A DNA stretch of 64,000 nucleotides from Octadecabacter sp. (GCA_017886375.1 JAGGNB010000081.1:18764-82763); one strand, 5' to 3'. Positions 48,511 to 59,357 are shown, counted from the first letter of the stretch. Program-made: numbers and translations. Notes: generated by a model not told the origin, from the sequence alone.

Positions 48511-49574
48511 TAATTTGACCCCGTTTTGACGTGAAATGGTAAGTAGGATGCCGTGAACCCTGGTCCAAGTGCGCAGGCCATCATTTGGCCAGTCGCGCCT
48601 GCATTCAGGACAGATTTCATCACGAACATTACTGTTGGGGCTGACATATTTCCAGCGTCACGCAGCACAGCGCGTTCCGCGTCTAGGCAACCTGACCTCA
48701 GATGCAGTGCACCTTCGATTGCCTCTACGACCTTGGCCCCACCTGGGTGACATACAAATCTGTCGATTTGAGACACCGATAAATCAGATGCCAACAACGC
48801 CGCGCGCGTCGCTGCGGCAAATTCGTCTGTCACGAACGTCGGAATTGAACGGTCGAACACCACGCCAAGACCGGTTTCGTCCACGTCCCAACCCATTATG
48901 TCCAAGGTGTCAGGCCAGATTTTCTGGAATCCGTGGCCAAATGAAATCTGCGTTTCGCTGCCCGACGGTTCGCTAGACAGACATGCTGCCGCCGCCCCGT
49001 CGCCAAACAAAACCGCTGCGATGATATCCGCTTTTTGAAACCGATCGGCGCGAAACGAAAGCGAGCAGGCCTCAACCACGACCAATAGAACCTTGGCACC
49101 GGGTCGACCCCGCGCCAAAGTTGCCGCGATAGATAGCCCTGATACACCACCCGCACAGCCCAGCCCAAACACCGGGACGCGGATAATGTCGCTGCGAAAC
49201 CCCATATCGGTGAACACTTGGGCTTCCAATGTCGGTGTGGCGATGCCGGTTGATGTTACGGTGACGACGAAATCGACGTCCCGTGCCTGCCATCCGGCAT
49301 CCGTCAACGCACCGTGCGCAGCGGAAATGAACATCGCCTTAGCGCCGTCCAAATATGCGCGCGTTCGATCAACCCAACCATGGCTTTCTGAAAACCAGTC
49401 TATCGGAACCACGCTGTAACGCTTGTCGATACCAGCGGTGTCAAACGTCTTCGCGAGCCGATCAAATTGCGGATACTTGCCACGGAAAATCAGCGCCGCG
49501 CGATCGCGAACTTCTGTTTGGGTCAAACAAAAAGGCGGTAGAGTGGTCGAAAGGCCTTGAAGATAAGCTGTCAT
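48510..49574 (-). CDS. Type III polyketide synthase (BpsA/SrsA-like)
   Basis: Catalytic triad GLGC / HPGG / GNMS; LFGDGAAA; GPGF. Confidence 0.95.
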   Translation of the reverse strand: MTAYLQGLSTTLPPFCLTQTEVRDRAALIFRGKYPQFDRLAKTFDTAGIDKRYSVVPIDWFSESHGWVDRTRAYLDGAKAMFISAAHGALTDAGWQARDVDFVVTVTSTGIATPTLEAQVFTDMGFRSDIIRVPVFGLGCAGGVSGLSIAATLARGRPGAKVLLVVVEACSLSFRADRFQKADIIAAVLFGDGAAAACLSSEPSGSETQISFGHGFQKIWPDTLDIMGWDVDETGLGVVFDRSIPTFVTDEFAAATRAALLASDLSVSQIDRFVCHPGGAKVVEAIEGALHLRSGCLDAERAVLRDAGNMSAPTVMFVMKSVLNAGATGQMMACALGPGFTASYLPFHVKTGSN

Positions 49575-49700
49575 TTTCTGTCCTTACGGCAGGGGGTACC
49601 CGCCAGCTTGTCAAAAACAGCTTCAACATTCTGTCGAGTCGCCCGAGCAACGTAGCGCGACCGCAAATAGTTCCAAACGACAACAATCCGTCGCACAAAA

Positions 49701-49736
49701 GAAAAGGCCGCGTCCAATTGCTGGTCGCGGCCTTTA
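49701..49736 (-). terminator. rpmJ terminator
   Basis: aaaaggccgcg...cgcggccttt. Confidence 0.7.
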
Positions 49737-49757
49737 AAATAACATGTAGTCGGTTGA

Positions 49758-49883
49758 TCAGCCCTGACGGGCTTTGAACCGTGGGTTAGTTTTGTTGATA
49801 ACGTAAACTCGGCCTTTACGGCGCACAACGCGGCAATCGCGGTGGCGCGACTTGAGCGAACGGAGGGAGTTGCGAACTTTCAT
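49758..49883 (-). CDS. rpmJ: 50S ribosomal protein L36, type B (zinc-free)
   Basis: Manual translation [41 protein letters not shown]; RBS AAAGGA; too short for the ORF track. Confidence 0.97.
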   Translation of the reverse strand: MKVRNSLRSLKSRHRDCRVVRRKGRVYVINKTNPRFKARQG

Positions 49884-50016
49884 GTGTTCTGTCCTTTGTC
49901 TCGCGGCGCGGCGATTGCGCCTTTGTTACTGTCGTGCGCTACATTTGCAGCGCGGTGAAATTCATGCCCGCACCAGATGGTGCAAGATTTTGCCCGCTCC
50001 GCAAGGAGCAAAGTTA

Positions 50017-50091
50017 TGGTGGACGATACTGGGATCGAACCAGTGACCCCTTCGATGTCAACGAAGTGCTCTACCGCTGAGCTAATCATCC
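50017..50091 (-). tRNA. tRNA-Val(GAC)
   Basis: GGATGATTAGCTCAGCGGTAGAGCACTTCGTTGACATCGAAGGGGTCACTGGTTCGATCCCAGTATCGTCCACCA. Confidence 0.97.
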
Positions 50092-50251
50092 ATACCCTTA
50101 ACACACTCACGTCCTAAAAATAAATAGGACGCGCAAGCGCGCGTCGGTTGCGCGGTCTATATAAAGAGTCGTGATAGGGTTCAAGGGCTTTTGGCAAATG
50201 GTATACATGCGCTACAGTCGTTTCAAGAAATGCGGGCGTGAAAGGGTCACG

Positions 50252-51127
50252 ATGACAGATTCTGCGACCAATCTATCCTACCTTTTGCGCCGCCCATCGG
50301 CGCGCACAACATCTGTGGTCTTTGCGTCCCCGCATTCGGGGCGCAAGTATCCAGCGTCCTTTTTGCGCAAGATCGTGTTGGACGAAATGCAAGTTCGCTC
50401 GTCCGAGGATGCGTTCGTCGATGATTTGTTTGGATCCGCCGTCGATCATGGTGCACCGTTGCTTTTGGCGCAGTCGCCACGGGCGTATCTGGATCTGAAC
50501 CGTGGTCCTGACGAACTGGATCCAGCGGTCATCCAAGGAGTGAGGCGGATTGCACATAATCCGCGTATTGCCAGTGGGCTGGGCGTTATTCCACGTGTCG
50601 TGTCCAATGGTCGCGCGATTTATAGCGGAAAACTGACGTTGTCAGAAGCGCATGAGCGTATCAGTTCGGTTTGGCGGCCTTACCACGACACCCTGCAAAC
50701 CCTGATGGATGAGGCACACGCAGATTTTGGCGAAGCGATACTCGTGGATTGCCATTCCATGCCGCACGAAGCATTGGAATATGTCGGTCCCCCAGGTGCC
50801 ACCCGCCCTGATGTTGTCCTTGGAGATCGGTTTGGGGCTGCGGCAGCGTCTTCTGTGGTTGAACGGATTGAGGCTGCATTTGCTTCTGCAGGTTTCAAAG
50901 TTGCGCGCAACATGCCGTTCGCGGGGGCCTACATCTGCCAGCACTATGGCCGCCCGTCACGGCGCCATCATGCAGTGCAGATCGAAATCGACAGATCCAT
51001 CTACATGAACGAAAGCCAGATCAAACCAAATGCCAATTTCAAGGCATTCAAAGCGGCCCTTGACGGTGTGATTGCCGAAATCGCTGAAATTGGTCGCCCC
51101 ACGGAGTTGCGCGTCGCGGCAGAATAG
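50252..51127 (+). CDS. N-formylglutamate amidohydrolase family protein
   Basis: ASPHSG, RAYLDLNR, PYH, DCHSMP, LGDRFG, QIEIDR. Confidence 0.9.
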   Translation: MTDSATNLSYLLRRPSARTTSVVFASPHSGRKYPASFLRKIVLDEMQVRSSEDAFVDDLFGSAVDHGAPLLLAQSPRAYLDLNRGPDELDPAVIQGVRRIAHNPRIASGLGVIPRVVSNGRAIYSGKLTLSEAHERISSVWRPYHDTLQTLMDEAHADFGEAILVDCHSMPHEALEYVGPPGATRPDVVLGDRFGAAAASSVVERIEAAFASAGFKVARNMPFAGAYICQHYGRPSRRHHAVQIEIDRSIYMNESQIKPNANFKAFKAALDGVIAEIAEIGRPTELRVAAE

Positions 51128-52381
51128 TCACCGCAACGCACGCCCCTTGAGAATCGCGTCTTTGCCAAATTTCTCACGGATTGCATCGGTCGCACGTTCG
51201 GCTTCGGCGCGTCTGGTGGCGTTGGGGTCTAGCAGATCACCTATGCGGTCTGCGTCCCCCGCTGGCACCAGTTCAGAAATTCCCACACCCAAAAGGCGGT
51301 AGGGTCCCTGATCGCCCACTTGGTCAAATAGCCCCCGTGCTGTGCGATAGATCGTATCGGCCAATTGCGTTGGTTGATGCAAGCTGAGCCGTTTGCTCAG
51401 AAGTTTGTGGTCGCCGCGTTTGAGCTTTAACGTCACAACGCGCCCTGCCTTGTCTTGTGCCTTGGCGCGGGCCGACACCTTTTCCGCCATCCGCCAAATG
51501 TGACCGTCAAGGATATCAGGGTCTTTGGTATCTTCATTGAATGTGGTTTCGTTGCTCAGCCCTTTCACCGGTGTGCTCGTTGAAATTCTGCGCGCATCTT
51601 CGCCCCGCGCGAGGGAATAGAGCCTGTCGCCCATGCCGCCGAAACGATCATGCAAGTCGCGCCTGTCCCACCGCAGCAGATCATCGAAGGTGCGAATCCC
51701 AGCAGCGTCGAGGTTTTCGCGTGCAACGGGGCCAATGCCCCAAATCAGTTTCACGGGCTTGGGACGAAGGAATTCCGTCGTTTCTGCCGCACCGATCACC
51801 GAAAACCCGCGCGGCTTGTCCAAATCAGACGCGACCTTCGCTAGGAACTTGTTATGGCTCAACCCGATGGACCCCGTGATCCCGATTTCATCGGCCATGC
51901 GTTTGGTCAGTCGCGCCAACATGACTGCAGGCGGTGCGCCATGCAAATTTTCGGTGCCCGACAAGTCCATGAACGCTTCGTCCAGTGACAAAGGTTCAAC
52001 TGTTGGCGTCAGTTCGTCCATCAGCGCGCGCACTTGGCGCGACACTTCGACGTACCGATCCATCCGGCCCCGCACGATGATGGCTTCGGGACATAGCTTT
52101 AGCGCCTGAAACATTGGCATCGCGGATCGCACGCCTTTGATGCGCGCGATGTAACAACACGTCGACACCACGCCACGGTGCCCGCCACCGATGATAACGG
52201 GTTTTCCGTCAAGTTCTGGATTGTCGCGCTTTTCCACGGACGCGTAAAACGCATCGCAATCCATATGCGCAATGGTGAGGTCGAACAATTCATCGTGCGA
52301 CGTCACACGCGGTGAGCGGCACGCGGGGCAGCGGGTGCCGGTTTCAAAGGTGTGCAGACAGGCGCGACAAAGTGCGGGCAT
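51128..52381 (-). CDS. dinB: DNA polymerase IV
   Basis: N-terminal CxxC..CxxC, HMDCDAFYASVE, SLDEA. Confidence 0.95.
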   Translation of the reverse strand: MPALCRACLHTFETGTRCPACRSPRVTSHDELFDLTIAHMDCDAFYASVEKRDNPELDGKPVIIGGGHRGVVSTCCYIARIKGVRSAMPMFQALKLCPEAIIVRGRMDRYVEVSRQVRALMDELTPTVEPLSLDEAFMDLSGTENLHGAPPAVMLARLTKRMADEIGITGSIGLSHNKFLAKVASDLDKPRGFSVIGAAETTEFLRPKPVKLIWGIGPVARENLDAAGIRTFDDLLRWDRRDLHDRFGGMGDRLYSLARGEDARRISTSTPVKGLSNETTFNEDTKDPDILDGHIWRMAEKVSARAKAQDKAGRVVTLKLKRGDHKLLSKRLSLHQPTQLADTIYRTARGLFDQVGDQGPYRLLGVGISELVPAGDADRIGDLLDPNATRRAEAERATDAIREKFGKDAILKGRALR

Positions 52382-52473
52382 AGGGTGTAAATACGCAGAG
52401 CGTGGGAGAGGTGGCAAGCCGACCCTGCGGCGCATAGGTATTTTTAGACCAAAGAAGCGGGTAGGGTTGCGTT

Positions 52474-52899
52474 ATGGAGACCGAATTTCATGGCGCAAAG
52501 GCAGCAGTGTTCATCGGGAGGCAGCTGTTGATGTATCAACGTGATCGCGGTGTGGTCTGGCCCGGATACTGGGATTTTCCCGGTGGTGGACGCGAAATGG
52601 GCGAAACGCCGCGTGCGTGTTTGCGCCGAGAGGTGTTTGAGGAATTCGGCCTTGATGTACCTGATGCGGCGATCACATGGGGCAGGGCGATCCCGTCAAT
52701 GATAAAGCCCACTGAAACCGCGTGGTTCTTTATCGTTCATTTGCCACATGGAATCGAGAGAAGTGTCCGTTTCGGTGATGAAGGCCAGTGCTGGGCGCTA
52801 ATGGACGTTGGCGATGTGATGAATATGCCAAATTTGGTGCCAGCTTTGCGCGCGCGGCTTAGGCTGTGGTTGCAGGACGCGGATGCTGAAACTATCTAA
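52474..52899 (+). CDS. NUDIX hydrolase
   Basis: [24 protein letters not shown] Nudix box. Confidence 0.9.
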   Translation: METEFHGAKAAVFIGRQLLMYQRDRGVVWPGYWDFPGGGREMGETPRACLRREVFEEFGLDVPDAAITWGRAIPSMIKPTETAWFFIVHLPHGIERSVRFGDEGQCWALMDVGDVMNMPNLVPALRARLRLWLQDADAETI

Positions 52900-52942
52900 C
52901 ACGTTAACTGACAGTCCTATTTTAAAGCCGTAAGGGAACATC

Positions 52943-53836
52943 ATGGACATTGAGAACATCTTAACCAACCTGATTGGGGGCAATATTGTCCTGATCCTGC
53001 TAGCTGCGTTTATTATCATTTGTATTCTGGTCGGTGTTCGCATCGTGCCGCAGTCCGAAAAGTTTGTTGTTGAACGGTTTGGCCGCCTGCGTGCGGTGCT
53101 TGGGCCTGGCATCAACTTTATTATCCCGTTCCTCGACCGCGTCGCGCACAAGATTTCGATCCTTGAACGCCAACTGCCGGTGATGGGCCAAGACGCGATT
53201 ACATCTGACAACGTATTGGTTCAGGTCGAAACGTCGGTGTTCTACCGCATTACAGAGCCTGAAAAGACCGTGTATCGTATCCGCGACGTTGATGGTGCGA
53301 TCTCTACCACGGTCGCGGGTATCGTGCGTTCTGAAATCGGTAAGATGGAGCTTGACCAGGTGCAGGCGAACCGCACTGGCCTGATCCTTGCGATCCAAGA
53401 CCAGTTGGCCGCGCAGGTGGACGATTGGGGTATCGAAGTGACGCGGGCTGAAATCCTCGACGTGAACCTCGATGCTGCGACCCGCGCCGCGATGCTTCAG
53501 CAACTCAACGCCGAACGTGCGCGCCGCGCGCAAGTGACCGAGGCTGAGGGCAAAAAGCGGTCTGTTGAACTTCAGGCTGACGCTGAACTTTACGCTGCCG
53601 AACAAGCCGCAAAAGCGCGCCGCGTGTCCGCAGACGCCGAAGCCTATGCAACGCAAGTTGTGGCCGTTGCGATTGCCGAAAACGGGCTTGAGGCGGCGCA
53701 GTATCAAGTTGCGCTAAAGCAGGTTGAAGCGCTCAATGCGCTGGGCGCATCTGCTGGCAGCAGCACGATCCTTGTGCCTGCTAACGCGCTCGAGGCGTTT
53801 GGCGATGCGTTCAAGATGCTTAAGGGCCGCGGATAA
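52943..53836 (+). CDS. SPFH/band 7 (stomatin-like) protein
   Basis: VVERFG, PGINFIIPFLDRV, AERARRA..EAEG. Confidence 0.93.
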   Translation: MDIENILTNLIGGNIVLILLAAFIIICILVGVRIVPQSEKFVVERFGRLRAVLGPGINFIIPFLDRVAHKISILERQLPVMGQDAITSDNVLVQVETSVFYRITEPEKTVYRIRDVDGAISTTVAGIVRSEIGKMELDQVQANRTGLILAIQDQLAAQVDDWGIEVTRAEILDVNLDAATRAAMLQQLNAERARRAQVTEAEGKKRSVELQADAELYAAEQAAKARRVSADAEAYATQVVAVAIAENGLEAAQYQVALKQVEALNALGASAGSSTILVPANALEAFGDAFKMLKGRG

Positions 53837-54111
53837 TGTCGTGGTACAATGAATGGTGGGTTTGGATGGTGGCGGCACTTGTGTTGGCCATCGCTGAAAT
53901 CCTCATCCCGGCTTGGATCTTCTTTGGCTTTGCGCTTGGTGCGCTTTTCCTTGGGGCAATGATTTGGACGGGCATTGGTGCTGGCATGTCGCTGGCATGG
54001 TCGCTGGTTATCTTTGCTGTATTTTCGTTGATTGCCTACGTTATTTTGCGCCAGATTTTTGGCGTGCGTCGCGGGCAAGTCAAAATCTGGGATCGCGATA
54101 TCAACGACTGA
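53836..54111 (+). CDS. NfeD-like small membrane protein
   Basis: W.W...LVLAIAEILIP; coupled to the SPFH gene. Confidence 0.85.
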   Translation: MSWYNEWWVWMVAALVLAIAEILIPAWIFFGFALGALFLGAMIWTGIGAGMSLAWSLVIFAVFSLIAYVILRQIFGVRRGQVKIWDRDIND

Positions 54112-54120
54112 TCGGGTCAT

Positions 54121-54151
54121 AAAAAAGGGCCCCGCACAAAAGGCGGGGCCA
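54121..54151. terminator. Intrinsic terminator
   Basis: aaaaagggccccgc...gcggggcc. Confidence 0.65.
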
Positions 54152-54161
54152 GTCTATCTGT

Positions 54162-54401
54162 TCACGAGGATAGTTCCTGTCCGAGGGGCAATTCGGACAG
54201 AGGCAGTGACAGACGTTCAGGACACTTGGCGCCGCGTTGCCGAACGGCATGGCCGAGCAGGGCACGCGTCACGCGGGACGGATCAAGCGACGCAGGCCCA
54301 TCGGCGCGGCAATTGAAATTGAGAGGCCCGTTGTGAGTTGGCAAAATGACAGCAGCTTCAAAGCTGCGTCCGGTGTATCGAATGTTTTTCAGTTCAATCA
54401 T
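54162..54401 (-). CDS. Small hypothetical protein downstream of pyrF
   Basis: MIELKNIRYTGRSFEAAV..., RBS AAGGG. Confidence 0.55.
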   Translation of the reverse strand: MIELKNIRYTGRSFEAAVILPTHNGPLNFNCRADGPASLDPSRVTRALLGHAVRQRGAKCPERLSLPLSELPLGQELSS

Positions 54402-54560
54402 CGCGCTACCCCTTCTGGTAAGCATTGTGCCTGGCTACGTGGCCTACACAACATCTGGGGATCAGCATGAATTTATTACAGGGGAAGAAAACTCACGTTT
54501 TTATCCGCCACCGTGATTAGATGCAATAATCTGCTTTAAAGGTGGCAATCACCATTGTTT

Positions 54561-55292
54561 TCAAGCGTTTGGGGTCTTTGCCTGTGGTGAGCGGAGTTCT
54601 GCCATAATAGCTTCAGCTGCCGCTTTGGGGTCTGCGTGCTGCCAGATCGGGCGCCCGACAACCACGTGATCCGCGCCGTTTGCAATGGCTTGGGCGGGGG
54701 TCGTGACCCGTTTTTGATCCCCGAGATCGGCCCCGGCCGGGCGTACGCCGGGGGTGACAATCAACTTTCCCTCGGCTTCGGGCATCGCGCGGATCAAGGC
54801 GGCTTCTTGCGGTGACGCGATCACGCCATCAGCACCATTGGACAGCGCCAGCCCTGCGCGTTCTTGTACCAGATCGGTAATATCGCCGGCCTTTATGCAG
54901 GATGCATCCAGATCGCCGCGGTCCAGCGATGTCAGGATTGTTACGGCAAGGATTTTCATATCGGACCCGCCTTTGCCTTCCGCTGCGGCGCGCACCACGT
55001 GGGGGTCACCGTGCACGGTCAGAAAATCATGCCCGAACCGCGACAGGCCACGCACCGCAGCCTCAACCGTTGCGCCGATATCGAACAGTTTCATATCCAG
55101 GAAAATGCGCTTGCCGTGTTCATCGGCAAGCTCATTGGCCAAGGCCAACCCACCGCCTGTCAGCATGCCCAACCCGATCTTATAGAACGACACCGCATCG
55201 CCGATCTTTTCCGCCATCGCCATTCCTGACAAAGCGTCGGGCATATCCAAGGCAACGATCAGGCGGTCATCGGCGGTTGTAAGATCAGACAT
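54561..55292 (-). CDS. pyrF: Orotidine-5'-phosphate decarboxylase
   Basis: LIVALD, FLDMKLFDIGATV, VTPGVR, VVGRPI. Confidence 0.97.
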   Translation of the reverse strand: MSDLTTADDRLIVALDMPDALSGMAMAEKIGDAVSFYKIGLGMLTGGGLALANELADEHGKRIFLDMKLFDIGATVEAAVRGLSRFGHDFLTVHGDPHVVRAAAEGKGGSDMKILAVTILTSLDRGDLDASCIKAGDITDLVQERAGLALSNGADGVIASPQEAALIRAMPEAEGKLIVTPGVRPAGADLGDQKRVTTPAQAIANGADHVVVGRPIWQHADPKAAAEAIMAELRSPQAKTPNA

Positions 55293-55349
55293 GGCGGTCT
55301 CCTTTGATTTTCGCCGTTCTATGCCTGTGGCCCACAATCATCAACCGAC

Positions 55350-55378
55350 CTTGAACGGTCGCGCGCCGCGCCCCATAT
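55350..55378 (+). promoter_or_regulatory. Sigma-32 (RpoH) promoter of clpB
   Basis: CTTGAA-N15-CCCCATAT. Confidence 0.85.
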
Positions 55379-55457
55379 AGAAATTGAGGCCCCAGACAGC
55401 CTGCGCCGCATAAGCGGGCAGCATCCGAAACGGGGCGCTTATACAAAGGAGAAGACC

Positions 55458-58067
55458 ATGAACTTAGAAAAGTTCACAGAACGGTCGCGCGGTTTTATTC
55501 AAGCCGCCCAGACGATCGCAATGCGTGAAAGCCATCAACGGCTTGCCCCTGAACATTTGCTCAAAGCCCTGCTTGATGATGATCAAGGCTTGGCCGCGAA
55601 CCTGATTAACGCGTCCGGTGGCGATGCCGCAGGGGTCTTGCAAAACGTCGATATTGCACTGGCCAAAATGCCCACCGTGACGGGTGACGCGGCGCAAACA
55701 TTCATGGATGGAACAACAGGTAAAGTACTGGCCGAGGCCGAAAAGCTCGCCAAGAAGGCTGGCGATAGCTTTGTGCCTGTGGAACGTATCCTGATGGCGC
55801 TGACGATGGTTAAATCCAAAGCCAAGGATGCATTAGACGCTGGCAAGGTGACTGCACAATCGCTCAATTCCGCGATCAACGACATTCGCAAAGGCCGCAC
55901 AGCTGATACGGCGTCGGCCGAAGAAGGCTATGACGCGTTGAAAAAATACGCGATGGACCTGACGGCGCGTGCCCGTGAAGGCAAGATTGACCCGATCATT
56001 GGTCGTGACGAAGAGATCCGTCGCGCGATGCAGGTTTTGTCGCGCCGCACAAAAAATAACCCTGTTTTGATCGGTGAACCTGGCGTGGGTAAGACCGCGA
56101 TTGCCGAAGGTTTGGCACTGCGCATTGTCAACGGGGACGTGCCGGAATCATTGCGCAACAAATCGCTGCTCTCCCTCGACATGGGCGCGTTAATCGCTGG
56201 CGCGAAATATCGTGGCGAATTCGAAGAACGCCTCAAGGCCGTGCTGAACGAAGTCACCGAAGCAGCGGGTGAGGTCATTCTTTTCATCGATGAAATGCAT
56301 ACGCTTGTCGGTGCAGGCAAAGGTGACGGCGCGATGGACGCCGCAAACCTGATCAAGCCAGCTTTGGCACGGGGCGAATTGCACTGTATCGGCGCTACGA
56401 CGCTGGATGAATACCGCAAGTACGTCGAAAAAGACGCAGCCCTTGCGCGGCGTTTCCAGCCAATTGTTGTGCAGGAACCAACCGTTGAAGACACAATCAG
56501 CATCCTGCGTGGCATCAAAGAAAAGTATGAATTGCACCACGGGGTTCGGATTTCTGACAGCGCGCTGGTCGCGGCGGCGACCCTAAGCCATCGTTACATC
56601 ACTGACCGTTTCTTGCCGGACAAAGCCATTGACCTTATGGACGAAGCTGCGTCGCGGTTGCGCATGGAAGTGGACAGCAAACCTGAAGAACTCGACCAGC
56701 TTGACCGCCAAGTCATGCAATTGCAGATCGAAGCCGAAGCATTGCGCATGGAGGACGATCAGGCGTCAAAAGATCGCCTCAAAAAGCTTGAGGGTGAGTT
56801 GTCGAAGGTGCAGGAGCAATCCGTCAGCATGACAGCGAAGTGGCAAGCGGAGCGCGATACGCTCGAAGGGGCGCGTGGTTTGAAGGAAGAACTTGATCAT
56901 GCCCGCGCCGAACTGGATATCGCGAAACGTGAAGGCAACCTCGCCAAGGCGGGGGAGCTGTCTTACGGCGTCATCCCGCAGCTTGAAAAGCAGTTGGGCG
57001 AAGCGGAAGATAGCGATCTTATGGTTGAAGAGGCCGTCCGCCCTGAACAGATTGCCAGCGTAGTTGAACGCTGGACGGGTATCCCGGTTGCCAGAATGCT
57101 CGAAGGGGAACGTGAAAAGCTGCTGCGCATGGAAGATGGTTTGCATAAGCGCGTCATTGGGCAGGACACCGCGGTACGGTCTGTCGCCAATGCAGTGCGT
57201 CGTGCGCGGGCTGGCCTTAACGATGAAGGGCGGCCTTTGGGCTCGTTCCTATTCCTCGGGCCAACGGGCGTCGGTAAGACCGAATTGACCAAAGCTGTCG
57301 CGGAATTTTTGTTTGATGATGATAACGCGATGGTGCGGCTCGATATGTCGGAGTTTATGGAAAAACATTCGGTGTCGCGTCTTATCGGTGCGCCTCCGGG
57401 TTATGTCGGGTACGACGAAGGCGGTGTTTTGACCGAAGCTGTGCGGCGGCGTCCGTATCAGGTGATCCTGTTTGACGAGGTTGAAAAGGCGCATCCAGAC
57501 GTGTTCAACGTGCTGTTACAGGTATTGGATGACGGCGTGTTGACGGATGGCCAAGGCCGGACGGTCGATTTCAAACAAACGTTGATCATCCTGACATCCA
57601 ACCTTGGGTCACAAGCGCTCAGTCAATTGCCCGAAGGATCGGATATGGTGGACGCCAAGCGCAATGTCATGGATGCGGTGCGGGCACACTTCCGGCCAGA
57701 GTTCCTCAATCGTCTCGATGAAACGGTGATCTTTGATCGGTTGGCACGTGACGATATGGACGGCATTGTCACGATCCAGATGTCGCGGCTTTTGAAACGG
57801 TTGGCGTCGCGCAAGATCAATCTGGCGTTGGACGACAGTGCGCGCAAATGGCTGGCTGACGAAGGCTATGATCCGGTGTTCGGTGCACGGCCACTAAAGC
57901 GCGTCATCCAGCGTGCATTGCAAGATCCGCTCGCAGAAATGCTGCTCGCGGGGGACGTGAAAGACGGTGACACCGTGCCGGTGTCTGCCGGTGCTGACGG
58001 GCTGTTAGTGGGGGATCGGATCAGTGTATCGAACCGCCCGAAGCCTGACGAAGCAGTCGTTCATTAA
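55458..58067 (+). CDS. clpB: ATP-dependent chaperone ClpB
   Basis: Two Walker A motifs ([16 protein letters not shown]), coiled-coil M domain. Confidence 0.98.
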   Translation: MNLEKFTERSRGFIQAAQTIAMRESHQRLAPEHLLKALLDDDQGLAANLINASGGDAAGVLQNVDIALAKMPTVTGDAAQTFMDGTTGKVLAEAEKLAKKAGDSFVPVERILMALTMVKSKAKDALDAGKVTAQSLNSAINDIRKGRTADTASAEEGYDALKKYAMDLTARAREGKIDPIIGRDEEIRRAMQVLSRRTKNNPVLIGEPGVGKTAIAEGLALRIVNGDVPESLRNKSLLSLDMGALIAGAKYRGEFEERLKAVLNEVTEAAGEVILFIDEMHTLVGAGKGDGAMDAANLIKPALARGELHCIGATTLDEYRKYVEKDAALARRFQPIVVQEPTVEDTISILRGIKEKYELHHGVRISDSALVAAATLSHRYITDRFLPDKAIDLMDEAASRLRMEVDSKPEELDQLDRQVMQLQIEAEALRMEDDQASKDRLKKLEGELSKVQEQSVSMTAKWQAERDTLEGARGLKEELDHARAELDIAKREGNLAKAGELSYGVIPQLEKQLGEAEDSDLMVEEAVRPEQIASVVERWTGIPVARMLEGEREKLLRMEDGLHKRVIGQDTAVRSVANAVRRARAGLNDEGRPLGSFLFLGPTGVGKTELTKAVAEFLFDDDNAMVRLDMSEFMEKHSVSRLIGAPPGYVGYDEGGVLTEAVRRRPYQVILFDEVEKAHPDVFNVLLQVLDDGVLTDGQGRTVDFKQTLIILTSNLGSQALSQLPEGSDMVDAKRNVMDAVRAHFRPEFLNRLDETVIFDRLARDDMDGIVTIQMSRLLKRLASRKINLALDDSARKWLADEGYDPVFGARPLKRVIQRALQDPLAEMLLAGDVKDGDTVPVSAGADGLLVGDRISVSNRPKPDEAVVH

Positions 58068-58107
58068 AATACTGAACAGGATCGGGTTCATCTGTTAAGC
58101 TCAGCAA

Positions 58108-58272
58108 ATGGATCCGATCACACTCACTTTTTACGCTGTCGTCTGCGGCTGCCTCAGCGCCGTCGCCCCGAAGTTCCCTGGCCTTCCAATGCGGTTCGGG
58201 ATTGGGGCTGGTGTGGGTATCTTCGCGGCGATCGTTCTACCGATCATAAAAGACATGATGCACACCTATTAA
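58108..58272 (+). CDS. 54-aa two-TM small membrane protein
   Basis: Manual translation MDPITLTFYAVVCGCLSAVAPKFPGLPMRFGIGAGVGIFAAIVLPIIKDMMHTY. Confidence 0.7.
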   Translation: MDPITLTFYAVVCGCLSAVAPKFPGLPMRFGIGAGVGIFAAIVLPIIKDMMHTY

Positions 58273-58279
58273 GGGGGGA

Positions 58280-58603
58280 CTAGTAGGCGATTTTGGCCAC
58301 GCGCAGCGGTAGCGCCCGATGTAGGACATCAATGGAAATTGGATCGGTGGCGTGCAGCAGTGCAGCCATATCCAATTTGGACTGAAAAAATGGCCGACGC
58401 ACAGCAGTGGCTGTTTCAGCGCTCTTAGTCGCAGGTTTGCGAACGTGTTGATGTTCAGCGCGGGACAGGCTTTCAAGCAGATCTATGCCGCGATCCACCT
58501 CGGCCACGGGGGCGTGGCGCACATGCATACGCTTGAATCGCGTCAGTTTCTTGTGCGCGTCTTTGTCCAAACTGGTTTTGTACGCCTTGAAAAGAAGTCC
58601 CAT
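58280..58603 (-). CDS. Hypothetical basic protein (107 aa)
   Basis: RBS GGGAGA 5 nt before ATG; fills the gap between fasciclin and the clpB unit. Confidence 0.5.
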   Translation of the reverse strand: MGLLFKAYKTSLDKDAHKKLTRFKRMHVRHAPVAEVDRGIDLLESLSRAEHQHVRKPATKSAETATAVRRPFFQSKLDMAALLHATDPISIDVLHRALPLRVAKIAY

Positions 58604-58770
58604 GATCGTCTCCCGTGGGTTCAGGCTTTCATTTCTAAACACAAATGGGGCGAAAATACGCCGTAGAGTGGGTGGATTTCTGTCCACGCGCCGCAGCGAA
58701 TGCAGCCCGGATCTCACAGAAAGACGCACAAGATGGTGGCTTCGTCGGCAATGCTAGCCGCGCGATTCAG

Positions 58771-58809
58771 CAAAAATGGCCCCGGCGCGAGGGAACGCGC
58801 CGGGGCCAA
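58771..58809 (-). terminator. Fasciclin gene terminator
   Basis: aaaaatggccccggcgcg...cgcgccggggcca. Confidence 0.8.
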
Positions 58810-58829
58810 TCGTTGTCGTGAGTGCCGAT

Positions 58830-59309
58830 TTACATCGGTGGCAGCAAAACAGTGTCGATGACGTGGATAACACCGTTAGACGCTTCGATATCCGCAGCAG
58901 TAACGTTTGCGCCGTTCACCATCACACCGCCTTCGGTCATGATTGTGACATCTGCACCGTTTACAGTTGTTGCGGTCATGCCATCAGACAGGTCTGTGGA
59001 CATCACTTTACCGGCGACGACGTGGTACGTCAGGATCGCGGCGAGTGCTTCTGGATCAGCCAGTAGGCCCTCGACGGTGCCTTCGGGCAGGGCAGCGAAC
59101 GCCTCATCTGTTGGGGCGAAAACCGTGAACGGGCCTTCACTTTTCAGCGTGTCGACCAAGCCGGCAGCCGCAACAGCAGCGACGAGTGTTGTGAACGTGC
59201 CCGCCTCAATGGCCGTGTCCACGATGTCCATAGAATGACCGTCTGCAAATGCGCTAGTTGCGGTCAGGGCGATTGTGGCCGTAGCGGCCATGAAAGTACG
59301 ACGAAGCAT
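58830..59309 (-). CDS. Fasciclin (FAS1) domain secreted protein
   Basis: [28 protein letters not shown]. Confidence 0.95.
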   Translation of the reverse strand: MLRRTFMAATATIALTATSAFADGHSMDIVDTAIEAGTFTTLVAAVAAAGLVDTLKSEGPFTVFAPTDEAFAALPEGTVEGLLADPEALAAILTYHVVAGKVMSTDLSDGMTATTVNGADVTIMTEGGVMVNGANVTAADIEASNGVIHVIDTVLLPPM

Positions 59310-59357
59310 TAGTTAGTCCTCCAATAAAGCAAAATACCGAACTGGTATCCATAGGTT

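Noticed and set aside
49571-49828. 85-aa ORF apparently coupled to the type III PKS
   Set aside because: Overlaps rpmJ in another frame and runs through its terminator; no RBS or recognisable domain
47900-50091. tRNA-Val-anchored genomic island carrying the PKS pair
   Set aside because: No integrase and no duplicated tRNA 3' end seen; core rpmJ lies between the tRNA and the PKS
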